Of a stretch of DNA of 64,000 bases, positions 19,235 through 28,956 are shown one piece after another; positions within the stretch are counted from its first letter, which is position 1; every line of letters starts with the position of its first letter. The position numbers were made by a program, and so were the translations under genes. Source of the stretch: an uncultured Omnitrophica bacterium (GTDB lineage: Bacteria; Omnitrophota; Gorgyraeia; JACQQV01); NCBI GenBank assembly GCA_947085655.1, contig CAMTXH010000010.1, positions 18,015-82,014 on the forward strand. Reading direction: 5' to 3'. A model generated the notes under the pieces. The model was not told the origin of the DNA. It did not search any database and saw nothing but the letters and a program-made list of their open reading frames with translations.

Positions 19235-20440
19235 CTAAGTCCGATAATGGGCGTTGATCCGGACATACTCCTCCGAAAGGTCCGAGCTCCACATGGAGGC
19301 CTTTCCCTTCCCGGCGCCAAGATCCACCCGGATCTCAAGAGGAGACTGCTCCGCTTTTTGCTTCAGCCGGCGGAGCGTCCCCGGAACCGGGTTTCCCCTC
19401 CGGACACACGAGACTCCGCCGAACGCGATGGAAAGACGATTCGGGGAAAAAAAGGCACCGCTTGCCCCCACACTAGCAGCGACCCGGCCCCAGTTCGGAT
19501 CCCGCCCGTAAAGCGCGGTCTTCACCAGATTCGAATTGGCCACAAACCGGCATGCCCGGAGTGCTTGTGCGTCGCTTCTTGCGCCGGTGACCTTTACCTG
19601 AGCGATCCGTGTGGCCCCTTCCCCGTCCTCGACCAATTTTCTGGCAAGGAGTTCCATCAGTTCCAAAAGTCCCTTTTCAAAGCGTTTGAAAGCCGCTTGA
19701 CCAGCGGAGGTGAGCGGCTCGGCTCCGGAGAACCCGTTGGCCAAAATCAAAACCATGTCGTTCGGGCTTGTATCCCCGTCCACCGTAATCCGGTTGAATG
19801 TCACCTCTACCGATTCCCGGAGAACCGACTGCAAAAGAGTCCGCTTGACGGCAACGTCGGTTGTGAAAAACCCGAGCATCGTGGCCATTTGCGGATGAAT
19901 CATGCCGGACCCTTTGCAGACCGCCCCGATATGGCAGATTCTTTTTCCCAACCGAAACCGCAAGGATGCCTCCTTGATCTTTTTATCGGTCGTCAGGATC
20001 GACTCTGCAAACTCAAGATGTCTTTTCCGGTTAAGGTCCGATACCAAAACCGGAATCTTCCGCGCAATCCGCTCCATCGGAAGAAACTCACCGATTAAAC
20101 CGGTCGAGCAGACGCCGACCCATCGCCTTGGGATCCCAAGGGCCTTTGCCGCCAAAAGCGCCATCCGTTTTGCATCCGAGAGTCCCCGTTTTCCGGTGCA
20201 GCAGTTGGCATTTCCGCTGTTCGCAATCACCGCCTGAAGCCGACCCTGTTTCAGATGCTCCCGGGTAATGACAAGAGGCGCGCCCTGCAGGCGGCTTTTT
20301 GTAAAAACGGCCGCCGCCGTTGCCGGGATTTGCGAATACAAAAGACCCAAGTCCCGCGCAAATTGTTTGATGCCTGACCGGACACCGCTTGAGAGAAACC
20401 CCTCCGGCGCCGTCACCCCTCCCCGGACCCATTCCATCAA
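19235..20440 (-). CDS. argJ: bifunctional glutamate N-acetyltransferase / amino-acid acetyltransferase
   Basis: ArgJ family; ATMLGFFTTD self-cleavage site. Confidence 0.88.
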   Translation of the reverse strand: MMEWVRGGVTAPEGFLSSGVRSGIKQFARDLGLLYSQIPATAAAVFTKSRLQGAPLVITREHLKQGRLQAVIANSGNANCCTGKRGLSDAKRMALLAAKALGIPRRWVGVCSTGLIGEFLPMERIARKIPVLVSDLNRKRHLEFAESILTTDKKIKEASLRFRLGKRICHIGAVCKGSGMIHPQMATMLGFFTTDVAVKRTLLQSVLRESVEVTFNRITVDGDTSPNDMVLILANGFSGAEPLTSAGQAAFKRFEKGLLELMELLARKLVEDGEGATRIAQVKVTGARSDAQALRACRFVANSNLVKTALYGRDPNWGRVAASVGASGAFFSPNRLSIAFGGVSCVRRGNPVPGTLRRLKQKAEQSPLEIRVDLGAGKGKASMWSSDLSEEYVRINAHYRT

Positions 20441-21471
20441 AGAAGCCCTTCCGTCTCTCCAAGACCCGAGAGGAGATTAAAATTCTGAATCGCCTGCCCC
20501 GCCGCACCCTTCACCAGATTGTCCAGTGCCGAGACAATAATGGCTGTTTTCCGTTTCGCATCCACCTGGATGCCGATATCGCAAAAGTTTGTATAGAGAA
20601 CCTGCTTAATTTCGGGAAAGACCCCTTCCGGAAGAATCCGGATGAAGGGTTCCTTCTCATAAAAGGTCCGGTATTTCGCAATCAACGCCGAGGCGGAAAG
20701 ATTCTCCGAGAGATTGACGTACAGCGTTGCCAAAAGCCCCCGATTAATCGGAACAAGATGAGGGGTAAAAACAAGCAAGACACTCTCCCCGGCCAGATCT
20801 TTTAAAATCTCTTCCATCTCCGGAACATGCTGATGAACCCCGACTTTGTACGCTTTGAAACTTTCGTTTACTTCGGCGAACTGAAGATCTCCGGAAATTT
20901 TCCGCCCCGCTCCGGTCACGCCGCTTTTGGCGTCCGCAATCAAAAACCGCGCCCCCCTCCCGCCCTTGACGAGCGGTGCGGCCGCCAATAGGACCGCGGT
21001 CGGATAACAACCGGGGTTTGCCACGAGTGTCGAGTTCCGGATTTTCTCCCGGTAAAATTCAGGAAGGCCATAGACCGAGTCCTTCAGAAATTCCGGATGG
21101 AGATGCTTGGTTTGATAAGCCGCTTCATACTCGCCCGCTTCCTTCAGCCGGAAATCGGCGGAAAGGTCCACCACCTTTTTACCCGCCTTGAGGATCGGGG
21201 CGACCCTCTGCATGGAGATGGTATGCGGAAGGGCGAGAAAAACTACATCGCATCCTTTGGCCATCACCTCCGGCGGATGGTCCTCGCAGACCAGGTCGAT
21301 CCGCTTTGCAAAAGCGGGGAAGAGTTCCCCGACCGGCTTCGGTTTTTCCGCCCGTGCTGAAAGGCAGCAAATCCGGACAGAGGGGTGGTGTAGTAAAAGC
21401 CGGAGGAGTTCCTGGCCGGTATATCCCCCGACTCCCATAATGCCGACGCTGATTTTTTTCGGGTTTTCCAT
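20437..21471 (-). CDS. argC: N-acetyl-gamma-glutamyl-phosphate reductase
   Basis: start set at MENPKKISVGIMGVGGYTG (AGGAAAG SD); PGCYPTAVLL active-site Cys. Confidence 0.88.
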   Translation of the reverse strand: MENPKKISVGIMGVGGYTGQELLRLLLHHPSVRICCLSARAEKPKPVGELFPAFAKRIDLVCEDHPPEVMAKGCDVVFLALPHTISMQRVAPILKAGKKVVDLSADFRLKEAGEYEAAYQTKHLHPEFLKDSVYGLPEFYREKIRNSTLVANPGCYPTAVLLAAAPLVKGGRGARFLIADAKSGVTGAGRKISGDLQFAEVNESFKAYKVGVHQHVPEMEEILKDLAGESVLLVFTPHLVPINRGLLATLYVNLSENLSASALIAKYRTFYEKEPFIRILPEGVFPEIKQVLYTNFCDIGIQVDAKRKTAIIVSALDNLVKGAAGQAIQNFNLLSGLGETEGLL

Positions 21472-21523
21472 TGAATCGCTTTCCTTTAGAACCCCTTTTA
21501 TTTTAAAGGGATACATTTAGTCT

Positions 21524-21579
21524 AAAATAAAAAACCTATTCTGTCAACGAGTCCCGTCGGGACGAACAGAATAGGTTTT
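21524..21579 (-). terminator. rho-independent terminator of rplM-rpsI
   Basis: minus-strand hairpin AACCUAUUCUGUUCGUCCCG-acgg-GACUCGUUGACAGAAUAGGUU followed by UUUUUUAUUUU. Confidence 0.75.
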
Positions 21580-21592
21580 GACTTCAAACTCT

Positions 21593-21634
21593 GAACTGCC
21601 AACTACCAACTACAAACTACCAACTACAAACTCC
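21593..21634. repeat. tandem 14-nt repeat (CCAACTACAAACTA x2 plus partial copies) in the rpsI 3'UTR
   Basis: tgccaactaccaactacaaactaccaactacaaactcccaaacc. Confidence 0.6.
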
Positions 21635-21639
21635 CAAAC

Positions 21640-22044
21640 CTAACGCTTCGTCCACTGGAACTTTTTGCGGGCTCCTTTTTGGCCGTACTTCTTCCGTTCC
21701 TTCATCCGGGGATCCCGCGTGAGGAAGCCTCCGCGGCGAAGCACCGGACGAAGAGTAGGATCGGCCTTAATCAGGGCACGCGCAATGGCGTGACGAAGCG
21801 CACCGGCCTGTCCGGACAAACCTCCTCCCAACACCCTTGCGACCAAATGAAATTTCTCCTTGGTCTGCGTCGCTACAAAGGGCTGAAGTGACACGACCTG
21901 ATGCGTCGGAATTCTGAAATATTCGGAGAGTGGCTTTCCGTTCACCTCGATGGCTCCTGCTCCCGGAAAAAGACGGACCTGGGCGATTGATTCCTTCCGC
22001 CGCCCTGTTGCCGTCACCACACCCGAAACGATTGTTTCTTCCAT
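21640..22044 (-). CDS. rpsI: 30S ribosomal protein S9
   Basis: GRRKESIAQVRL...C-terminal GARKKFQWTKR. Confidence 0.93.
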   Translation of the reverse strand: MEETIVSGVVTATGRRKESIAQVRLFPGAGAIEVNGKPLSEYFRIPTHQVVSLQPFVATQTKEKFHLVARVLGGGLSGQAGALRHAIARALIKADPTLRPVLRRGGFLTRDPRMKERKKYGQKGARKKFQWTKR

Positions 22045-22490
22045 TAGGATGTTTTCTCTTTCTGGACTTCTTTTTCTTTCACTTTGACATGGGGCTCTTC
22101 ACCCCGGTACACCTTCAACTTCTGGAAAATTCTTTCCCCCAGGGGACTCCGAGGAAGCATCCCTCGGACCGCATGCTGAATCACTTTTTCAGGGGATTCC
22201 TGAAGCATTTTTTCAAGAGGGATCTTTTTTAACCCACCCGGATAACCGGAATACCGCGTATAAATCTTCTCCTTCAGTTTGTTGCCGGTGACCCGAATCC
22301 CCCCGGCATTGACTACCACCACCGGATCCCCCGAATCCTGATGATAGGAGAAAAAGGGCTTCTGCTTTCCCCGGAGAAGCTGCGCCACCTCCTGGGCAAC
22401 CCGCCCAAGGATTTTTCCATTCGCATCCACCCGGTGCTGCTTTCTTATAATTGGCTTTGTATAATGGACTTGTGTCAGTTTCTGCATCAT
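22044..22490 (-). CDS. rplM: 50S ribosomal protein L13
   Basis: [26 protein letters not shown]. Confidence 0.93.
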   Translation of the reverse strand: MMQKLTQVHYTKPIIRKQHRVDANGKILGRVAQEVAQLLRGKQKPFFSYHQDSGDPVVVVNAGGIRVTGNKLKEKIYTRYSGYPGGLKKIPLEKMLQESPEKVIQHAVRGMLPRSPLGERIFQKLKVYRGEEPHVKVKEKEVQKEKTS

Positions 22491-22510
22491 GGGTACCGGA
22501 ATAGCGAATA

Positions 22511-22539
22511 ACTATACCAGACAAAACCGGTCCTGTCAA
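22511..22539 (-). promoter_or_regulatory. sigma70-type promoter of rplM-rpsI
   Basis: minus strand TTGACA(22539-22534)-17 nt-TATAGT(22516-22511), about 20 nt before the rplM ATG. Confidence 0.6.
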
Positions 22540-24620
22540 GTCTGATTCAAAAGGGCCTTTGCCTCTCGAATCTTCCCCTGAAGCACTTCCTGTCCCCTGG
22601 GAGACTTCTCCAAAAGGAGGGCCCTCCGCCACCAGAAGATCGCCTCCTCATACCGCCCCAGATTTCCGAAACTCACACCCAGATTATAGGCAAGACTCGC
22701 ATCCTTCGGCCTGTATTGAACCGTTTTTTGAAGCCAGTGGATCGCTTCGGGATACCGGCCGAGCTGCCCCAGGGCAATCCCAAATCCATTCCAGACTTCC
22801 GGATCAGAGGGGATGAGCCGGCGGGCGCTTTGAAAGGCGGCAAAGGCCTCCCCCGAGCGGCCATGATGGAGATAGAAAAGTCCGAGCTGGAGATGGAGAT
22901 AGGCCTCCTCATCCGCAAAAGTGTAAAGGACCTCAAGGAGTTTTTCCGCCTCTTCTTTTTCCCCTGATGCGAGGAGTCCTTGCGTTTTCATGGAAAGATA
23001 ATGGAAAAGAATATACTTCTCAAAGAGATCTTTGGCCGGAAGCTGTTCCGGATCCCGAATCCGATAAGTCTCCCAGGAAAAAGAGGGGGCTTCTTTTCCC
23101 TCCGGGACAAGCCGATAAAGGATCCCTCTGGGCTTCAGGTGGATGTTTCCAGGATGCCCCGGATAGGAAAGAGGACGAAGGTTCGTATAGACCGGCGCTC
23201 TGGGATTCGAGGAGAGAAACTTAAAGAAACTTTTTTTCTGGAGAATCGGAAAAGAGCCCGGTTGTTCCAAACCGTAGACGGAGACATCCGGCCTGAGCCG
23301 TTCGATTTGCTGGAGATAGGCGAGGATGAATTGCGCATCGTCTCCGGAGATGAAAAGAATCCCATTTTCTTCAACCGTTGCAAGAAGATCCCTTCCGTAA
23401 TCTTCGGCAATCCGGTGACGGCTCAAATCATTTGCCGGAAAGTGCACCAAAAGAAGAAAAAGGGGAAACGACAGCGAGAGCATCCGGAGCGACGGTGTCC
23501 TTTTGAAACAGAAAGAGATGACTTCCGCCATGCCGACTCCCCAAAAAAGCGAAAGAACAAGCCAGGCAGGAAGATAAAACGGGCGGATGAGGTAAAACCC
23601 GACGGCGCCCGGTTCGAAATTCATCGCCAAAATCAAAAGAAAGCTCACCTCCAAAAAAAGAAAAGCGGCAAAAAATCCGAGCCGGGGAGAGGCCTTCCAG
23701 AGCCGCCATAAACCGAAAGGAACAAACCCCCACAAAAGAGCCGGGGCCTGTTGGTCAAGGGCAACTCCGAAGGAACGGAGTTGGGCTCCATACATCAAGA
23801 GATTCCGGGTCGCTCCGATACCCCGGTATTGGAAGCGAAGAACATGGTTCAGTATGCTTTTCCAATTCGGGATGACTCCCCAGTGCATCGGCGGATCGCT
23901 GAGCGCCCGAAGCGGCAGGTAAAGATAGACGGAAAGGCCTATAAGGAAAAAAAAGCAAGAACCGGCTAAAAAACCGGCGCTTTTGAGACGGGCCGGCCCC
24001 TCCAATAAAATCATCAAAAAAAGAAGCGGGGCAAAGACGAGAAGAGTCTGATGATTGCCAAGGCCCAACCCGAAAAGGAAAGTGATGAGGAAAAAAAGAG
24101 AATCGGATTTCTCCACAACCCATCGGATGCTCAAATATAAAAGGAGCGCCACAAAAAAAGCATGGAGGGTGTAAACCTCGGCACTCAGGGATTGAAACCA
24201 GACATCCTTCAGCAATCCGTAAAAACAAGCGCCGGAAAGGGCGAAAAGAGGGCGGCCGGATGAAGCAATCCCCGTGACGGAAAAAAGCCGCAATAAAATC
24301 AGGTAAACCATTCCGGCCGTCAAAGCGGAAAAAAAAGCCGAAAAAAGATTCAACCGGTAGGCGACATTTCCGAATGGAAGAAAGGTGAAGAGCTTGCCCA
24401 GAAGACAAAAAAGCGGATAGCCGGGAGGATGGGGAATACCGAGGGTGTGAGCGGCGGTAATGAGTTCACCGCTATCCCCGGTAAAGACAGAGGGACAGAG
24501 CGTCCTCCCATAAATCAGGAAAGGGACGAAAAGGGCGAGGAAAAAAAAGAGGGTGTCAGCCCTTCCGGCGGCGGATGAGTCTTTCAAAGAAAAGTCTCCA
24601 AACCGTAAAAAACGCTTCAA
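22536..24620 (-). CDS. DUF2723 (TMEM260/PMT-like GT-C fold) polytopic membrane glycosyltransferase with C-terminal TPR repeats
   Basis: more than 10 TM helices; FTGDSGELITAAHTLGIPHPPGYPLF signature; C-terminal TPR units (GRYPEAIHWLQK..., GRYEEAIFWWRRAL). Confidence 0.7.
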   Translation of the reverse strand: MKRFLRFGDFSLKDSSAAGRADTLFFFLALFVPFLIYGRTLCPSVFTGDSGELITAAHTLGIPHPPGYPLFCLLGKLFTFLPFGNVAYRLNLFSAFFSALTAGMVYLILLRLFSVTGIASSGRPLFALSGACFYGLLKDVWFQSLSAEVYTLHAFFVALLLYLSIRWVVEKSDSLFFLITFLFGLGLGNHQTLLVFAPLLFLMILLEGPARLKSAGFLAGSCFFFLIGLSVYLYLPLRALSDPPMHWGVIPNWKSILNHVLRFQYRGIGATRNLLMYGAQLRSFGVALDQQAPALLWGFVPFGLWRLWKASPRLGFFAAFLFLEVSFLLILAMNFEPGAVGFYLIRPFYLPAWLVLSLFWGVGMAEVISFCFKRTPSLRMLSLSFPLFLLLVHFPANDLSRHRIAEDYGRDLLATVEENGILFISGDDAQFILAYLQQIERLRPDVSVYGLEQPGSFPILQKKSFFKFLSSNPRAPVYTNLRPLSYPGHPGNIHLKPRGILYRLVPEGKEAPSFSWETYRIRDPEQLPAKDLFEKYILFHYLSMKTQGLLASGEKEEAEKLLEVLYTFADEEAYLHLQLGLFYLHHGRSGEAFAAFQSARRLIPSDPEVWNGFGIALGQLGRYPEAIHWLQKTVQYRPKDASLAYNLGVSFGNLGRYEEAIFWWRRALLLEKSPRGQEVLQGKIREAKALLNQT

Positions 24621-25275
24621 AGATAATCGCCCACGTCATCTTGGAAACGCCGACATTCCGGTCGGCAAAAATGATAGGAATCTCCGCATGTCGAAGTCCC
24701 ATCCGGTAGAGGAGGACATTGACCTCGATCTGGAAAGAATAGCCGTCCGAGCGGATTTTGGAAAAATCGAGTCGCTGGAGGGCTTCCCGCCGGAAGGCCT
24801 TGAAGCCGGCGGTTAAATCACGAATCGGGACACCGGTCATCCATTTTGCCCACCGGGTTGCGCAGTAACTGAGGAGGAGTCGGCCCATCGGCCAATCGAC
24901 CACACTCACTCCCTTGATATAACGGGAACCGATCGCCCAATCCGCCTCTTTGAGCGCCTCGACCATGAGAGGCAAATACTTGGGATCATGGGAAAAATCG
25001 CCGTCCATCTCAAAGAGGATGTCCGCTCCCTTGTCTATCGCGGCCTGAAACCCGGTGAGATAAGCACTCCCAAGCCCCATTTTTCCCGGCCGCTCCAAAA
25101 GATGAATCCGCGGATTTTTTTCCTGAAGCCGCCTCACCACATCGGCGGTCCCGTCCGGAGAATGGTCATCCACCACCAAAACCTCAAGATCCAGACCAAG
25201 TCCAAAAAGAGCCGTGATGAGTTCCTCGATGGTGTCCGCTTCGTCGTAGGTCGGGATGATGATGAAAACTTTCAT
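24556..25275 (-). CDS. polyprenol-/dolichol-phosphate mannosyltransferase (GT2, Dpm1/Ppm1-like)
   Basis: IIIPTYDEADTI...VVDDHSPDGT...DGDFSHDP; start set at MKVF (ATGA overlap with the upstream stop). Confidence 0.75.
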   Translation of the reverse strand: MKVFIIIPTYDEADTIEELITALFGLGLDLEVLVVDDHSPDGTADVVRRLQEKNPRIHLLERPGKMGLGSAYLTGFQAAIDKGADILFEMDGDFSHDPKYLPLMVEALKEADWAIGSRYIKGVSVVDWPMGRLLLSYCATRWAKWMTGVPIRDLTAGFKAFRREALQRLDFSKIRSDGYSFQIEVNVLLYRMGLRHAEIPIIFADRNVGVSKMTWAIIFEAFFTVWRLFFERLIRRRKG

Positions 25276-26159
25276 GGCGTTTGTTTCCGGACTTGAAAGA
25301 CGAGGAGGTTCCCTGTTCCGCATAGAGAAGAAAGGCCATTCAAAACAAATGAGAAAGGGATACCCAAAACGGCCATTTTCTCAAGAAAAGCATCAGATCC
25401 CCGAACCCGGAGGGTATCTTCCAGAACATAAAAAAGACTCCGGATCCAGGGTCCCGGCATGAGCCAATCGTTCCTTTTTTGAATGATGTGAAAGCCGGTT
25501 TCGAAGAGAAGTCGTTCAAGGGTCTCGGCGGAAAAGTGGGAGAGGTGCCTTGGAACATCCAGAAGATGGGAAGCCCCCTTGAAAATGCGTATCTCCATCC
25601 CCTTTATATTAGGCACACTGACGAGCATTTGTCCATCCCTTTTCAAAACCCGGCACATCTCCCGAAGGGTCTTCCGGGGGTCCGGAACATGTTCCAGAAA
25701 ATGCCAGGCAACGATCCCGTCAAAAAAGTCGGAGGGGTAACTCGCTTTCTCCAGCGTTCCCTGAAAAAACCGGATCCCTGCCACCTCAGGCGGCGGACCG
25801 AAATCACAGCCGAACGGTTCCATCCCTTTCCGGGCCAGATACGCCAGATAAAGGCCGCTGCCGCATCCGATATCAAGAACTCGCCCTCCCGGCTTTAAAA
25901 AAAGGGAGCGGGTCAGCCGGAAATAAAAAGGATAAAGACCCCTTAAAATCCCTTTCCCCTTCTGCCAGGGGATATAAGAGGAAGGATAAAGTGATTGAAG
26001 GATTTCGTCGGCAGGGCGGGGATTGGTGAAGCAAAACGTACACGCATCGCACCGGACCACCGTAAGACGGGACCGATCGGAAGAGAGCCGGTCCTTCCCG
26101 GTTAAAAAGGGGCTAAAACGTCCCGCCCCGCAGAGAGGGCACTGGGTCAGGGTGATCAT
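25272..26159 (-). CDS. class I SAM-dependent methyltransferase with N-terminal zinc-ribbon
   Basis: CPLCG...CDAC ribbon; VLDIGCGSG motif I; start set at MITL (ATGA overlap with the upstream GT2 stop). Confidence 0.65.
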   Translation of the reverse strand: MITLTQCPLCGAGRFSPFLTGKDRLSSDRSRLTVVRCDACTFCFTNPRPADEILQSLYPSSYIPWQKGKGILRGLYPFYFRLTRSLFLKPGGRVLDIGCGSGLYLAYLARKGMEPFGCDFGPPPEVAGIRFFQGTLEKASYPSDFFDGIVAWHFLEHVPDPRKTLREMCRVLKRDGQMLVSVPNIKGMEIRIFKGASHLLDVPRHLSHFSAETLERLLFETGFHIIQKRNDWLMPGPWIRSLFYVLEDTLRVRGSDAFLEKMAVLGIPFSFVLNGLSSLCGTGNLLVFQVRKQTP

Positions 26160-27214
26160 TCCGGACGAGACGGCTTCCATCGGAGGCCATTGAATGTCTT
26201 CTTCCCCTGGAAGAAATAGTCGATAACAACACTTCCCGGATAAACCGGAACCGTCGCAGGGAGTAGATGGTGCTCTTTCGGGGAAAGTGTTTTTCTTTTC
26301 CGAAGAGTTTCTCCGAGATGGATGAGATTCCAAAAGAGTGCCTGGATGATTCCCTTTGATTTTTGAAGGTCACCGCGAACGATCCAATAAAGGAATTCCA
26401 ATCCTTCCAAAAAGAGCCGGATGCCGAGTAAAAAAAGGAACTGCGGGAAAGGGGCGTTTTTCAGTACCATGGCAAGGTTATTCCGGTGGTTCAGATAGTT
26501 CTTCCGGAAATCGCCGTAGGGAAGCGTTGCACCTCCTTGATGATGGACGACCGATCCGGGAACAAACCGGATCCGGTAACCGAGCTGTTGAAACCGCCAA
26601 CAAAGATCGATCTCCTCCATATGGGCGAAAAAGTCTTCATCAAAACCTCCCGCTTCAATGAAAAGGTCCCGTTTCACGGCAAATGCGGTGCCGGAGGCCC
26701 AAAAAAGCTCGACCGGTGAATCGTATTGACCTTCATCTTTTTCAAGTGTCCAGAAAAGCCGCCCTCGGCAAAAGGGATATCCGAACCGGTCCAGATATCC
26801 GCCGGCGGCCCCTCCATATTCAAAAAGAGAGGGATCGGATTTTGAAAGAATTTTCGGCTGGCAGGCGGCGATGGAGGAGTCGGATTCGAGCATGTCGATG
26901 AGGGGCGGAAGCCACCCCTCTTGCACTTCCGCGTCGTCGTTGAGAATCACGGTGAAACGTCCCTTCGCTTCCCGGACGCCCCGATCGACGCTTCCCGAAA
27001 ATCCCCTGTTCTCCTGATTCCTGAGGATTTGAATTTCAGGAAAGATCTTTTTCGCTTCGGAGCTGCTTCCGTCGGTTGAGGCGTCGTCCACAAGAAGAAT
27101 TTCACGATATCCTCCCTGTCGAATGACGCTTGTGAGGCATTGTCGGAGGTGGGAAAAACCGCGGTGATGCGGGATGACGACGCTGACGTCGCGTTGCCCT
27201 GTCAGGGGACTCAT
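26156..27214 (-). CDS. GT2-family glycosyltransferase (rhamnosyltransferase-like)
   Basis: VVIPHH...LLVDDASTDGS...NRGFSG...ILNDD...DEDFF. Confidence 0.75.
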   Translation of the reverse strand: MSPLTGQRDVSVVIPHHRGFSHLRQCLTSVIRQGGYREILLVDDASTDGSSSEAKKIFPEIQILRNQENRGFSGSVDRGVREAKGRFTVILNDDAEVQEGWLPPLIDMLESDSSIAACQPKILSKSDPSLFEYGGAAGGYLDRFGYPFCRGRLFWTLEKDEGQYDSPVELFWASGTAFAVKRDLFIEAGGFDEDFFAHMEEIDLCWRFQQLGYRIRFVPGSVVHHQGGATLPYGDFRKNYLNHRNNLAMVLKNAPFPQFLFLLGIRLFLEGLEFLYWIVRGDLQKSKGIIQALFWNLIHLGETLRKRKTLSPKEHHLLPATVPVYPGSVVIDYFFQGKKTFNGLRWKPSRPE

Positions 27215-27954
27215 CGCGATCGGTGGGTCACCTTTAAAAGACAGAGGCCCCTGGCCGGAGCGGTCGGGCCTGCGAACCGACGGTCCTTTTTCAGGAGGAG
27301 CCGGCGGATTTCTTCCGGTTTCCGTCTTCCCCTTCCCACTTCAAGGAGTGTTCCGACGATATTCCGGACCATCTTGTACAAAAAGCCGTTTCCCTCGATT
27401 TCAATGAAAACATACGGTGAATGTCTCCGGACGGAGATCCGCCGGATCTGCCGGATGGAGGAACGCTCCTTTTTATCCTTTGCCTGAAACGATTTAAAGT
27501 TTTTCCGCCCTTTAAAATGGCCGGCGGCCCGCTTCATCGCCGAAAGATCCAGGGGTCTCGGATAAAAGGTGGTATACAAACGGTCGAAGGGGGAACGGGA
27601 GGGGTGATTCCGGAGAGTATAACGGTAGGTCTTGAGCGCTTTGTCAAAACGGGGATGGAAAGAGAGCGGAACCGATTCCACCTTGACAACCGCCACATCC
27701 GGAGGCAACAGACTGTTCAGCGCGCGTTTGAGTGCCCCACCGGAAATGGCAGAGGCGGTCTTGAAAGAGACGAGATGCCCGAGGGCATGAACGCCGGCGT
27801 CCGTCCGCCCGGAAGAAAGGAGCCGGATATTCTCTTTCAGAATTTGTCTCAACGTCTTTTGTAGAATCGCCTGCACGGTCAGGGCATTTTTTTGAACTTG
27901 AAAGCCGGCGTATCGCGTTCCGTCGTAACTCACGGTCAGCGCGAGATGTCTCAT
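27211..27954 (-). CDS. truA: tRNA pseudouridine(38-40) synthase
   Basis: VSYDGTRYAGFQVQ...GRTDAGVHA. Confidence 0.9.
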   Translation of the reverse strand: MRHLALTVSYDGTRYAGFQVQKNALTVQAILQKTLRQILKENIRLLSSGRTDAGVHALGHLVSFKTASAISGGALKRALNSLLPPDVAVVKVESVPLSFHPRFDKALKTYRYTLRNHPSRSPFDRLYTTFYPRPLDLSAMKRAAGHFKGRKNFKSFQAKDKKERSSIRQIRRISVRRHSPYVFIEIEGNGFLYKMVRNIVGTLLEVGRGRRKPEEIRRLLLKKDRRFAGPTAPARGLCLLKVTHRSR

Positions 27955-28955
27955 AAGTGCTCTGCAATCTGAACGGCGTTCAAGGCGGCTCCCTTCCGGA
28001 GGTTGTCCCCCACCACCCAGAAATTGAGTCCCGACGGAACAGTCGGGTCCTTCCGGATTCGCCCGACAAAGACATCATCCTTCCCCGCTCCATGGATCGG
28101 GAGGGGATATTCCGCCTTCTGGGGATTGTCAATCACCTGAACCCCCGGTGCCTTGGAGAGGAGTTTCCGCGCCTCTTGCGGTGAAATCGGTTTTTCAAAT
28201 TCCGCGTTGACCGATTCGGAATGGGCATAGAAGACCGGCACCCGGACCGTTGTGGCGGTAATGGCAAACGAATCGTTCATGATTTTCTGGGTCTCAAGCA
28301 TCACCTTCGTCTCCTCCCGGCTGTACCCGTCTTCCGAGAAGACGTCGATATGGGGAATGACGTTAAAGGCGATCTGATGCGGGAATTTTGAGGGCGAGGC
28401 CGCCTTTCCCTGAAGGAGTAAAGCGGTCTGATTCTTGAGTTCCTCAATCGCCTTTCCTCCCGCCCCGGAGACAGATTGATACGTGGAGACCACGACCCGC
28501 TTGACCCGGGCCCGGTCATGGAGCGGCTTGAGCACCAAAACCAGTTGAATCGTGGAGCAGTTCGGATTCGCAATGAGCCCTTTGTGGGTTTTGATGAGTT
28601 CCCCGTTCACCTCCGGCACAATCAAAGGGATATTCCTTTCCATCCGGAAGGCACTCGAGTTATCCACCACAATGCATCCTGCTTTGACCGCCTGCGGGGC
28701 GAATTCCTGGCTTCGGGAAGCCCCGGCGCTGAAAAGGGCAAGGTCCAGCCCTTCAAAGACTCCCTCCTTCAAGGTCTCAACCGGAATTTCTTTTCCGCGG
28801 AAGGAAAGCTTCATTCCTTCCGATTTTTCGGAGGCGAAAAGACGGAGACTTTTCACCGGAAAATTCCGCTCTTCCAATACACGGATCATTTCCCGGCCCA
28901 CTGCGCCGGTTGCTCCGACGATGCCGACGTTGCAAGGTTTTTTCAGTCCACCCAT
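27951..28955 (-). CDS. asd: aspartate-semialdehyde dehydrogenase
   Basis: VGIVGATGAVG...NPNCSTIQ...SGAG. Confidence 0.9.
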   Translation of the reverse strand: MGGLKKPCNVGIVGATGAVGREMIRVLEERNFPVKSLRLFASEKSEGMKLSFRGKEIPVETLKEGVFEGLDLALFSAGASRSQEFAPQAVKAGCIVVDNSSAFRMERNIPLIVPEVNGELIKTHKGLIANPNCSTIQLVLVLKPLHDRARVKRVVVSTYQSVSGAGGKAIEELKNQTALLLQGKAASPSKFPHQIAFNVIPHIDVFSEDGYSREETKVMLETQKIMNDSFAITATTVRVPVFYAHSESVNAEFEKPISPQEARKLLSKAPGVQVIDNPQKAEYPLPIHGAGKDDVFVGRIRKDPTVPSGLNFWVVGDNLRKGAALNAVQIAEHL

Positions 28956-28956
28956 T

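Noticed and set aside
19034-20098. 354-aa plus-strand ORF
   Set aside because: Lies entirely antisense to argJ (strong ArgJ homology on the minus strand). Pro/Arg-rich, low-complexity translation.
22980-23711. 243-aa plus-strand ORF with lysine-rich tail
   Set aside because: Antisense to the DUF2723-TPR gene whose frame has TM/TPR support; no RBS.
24556-24620. 65-nt overlap between the DUF2723-TPR gene start and the mannose-synthase stop
   Set aside because: This probably reflects an incorrectly extended N-terminus (true start likely an internal non-ATG codon) and not a functional overlap. It cannot be resolved by eye.
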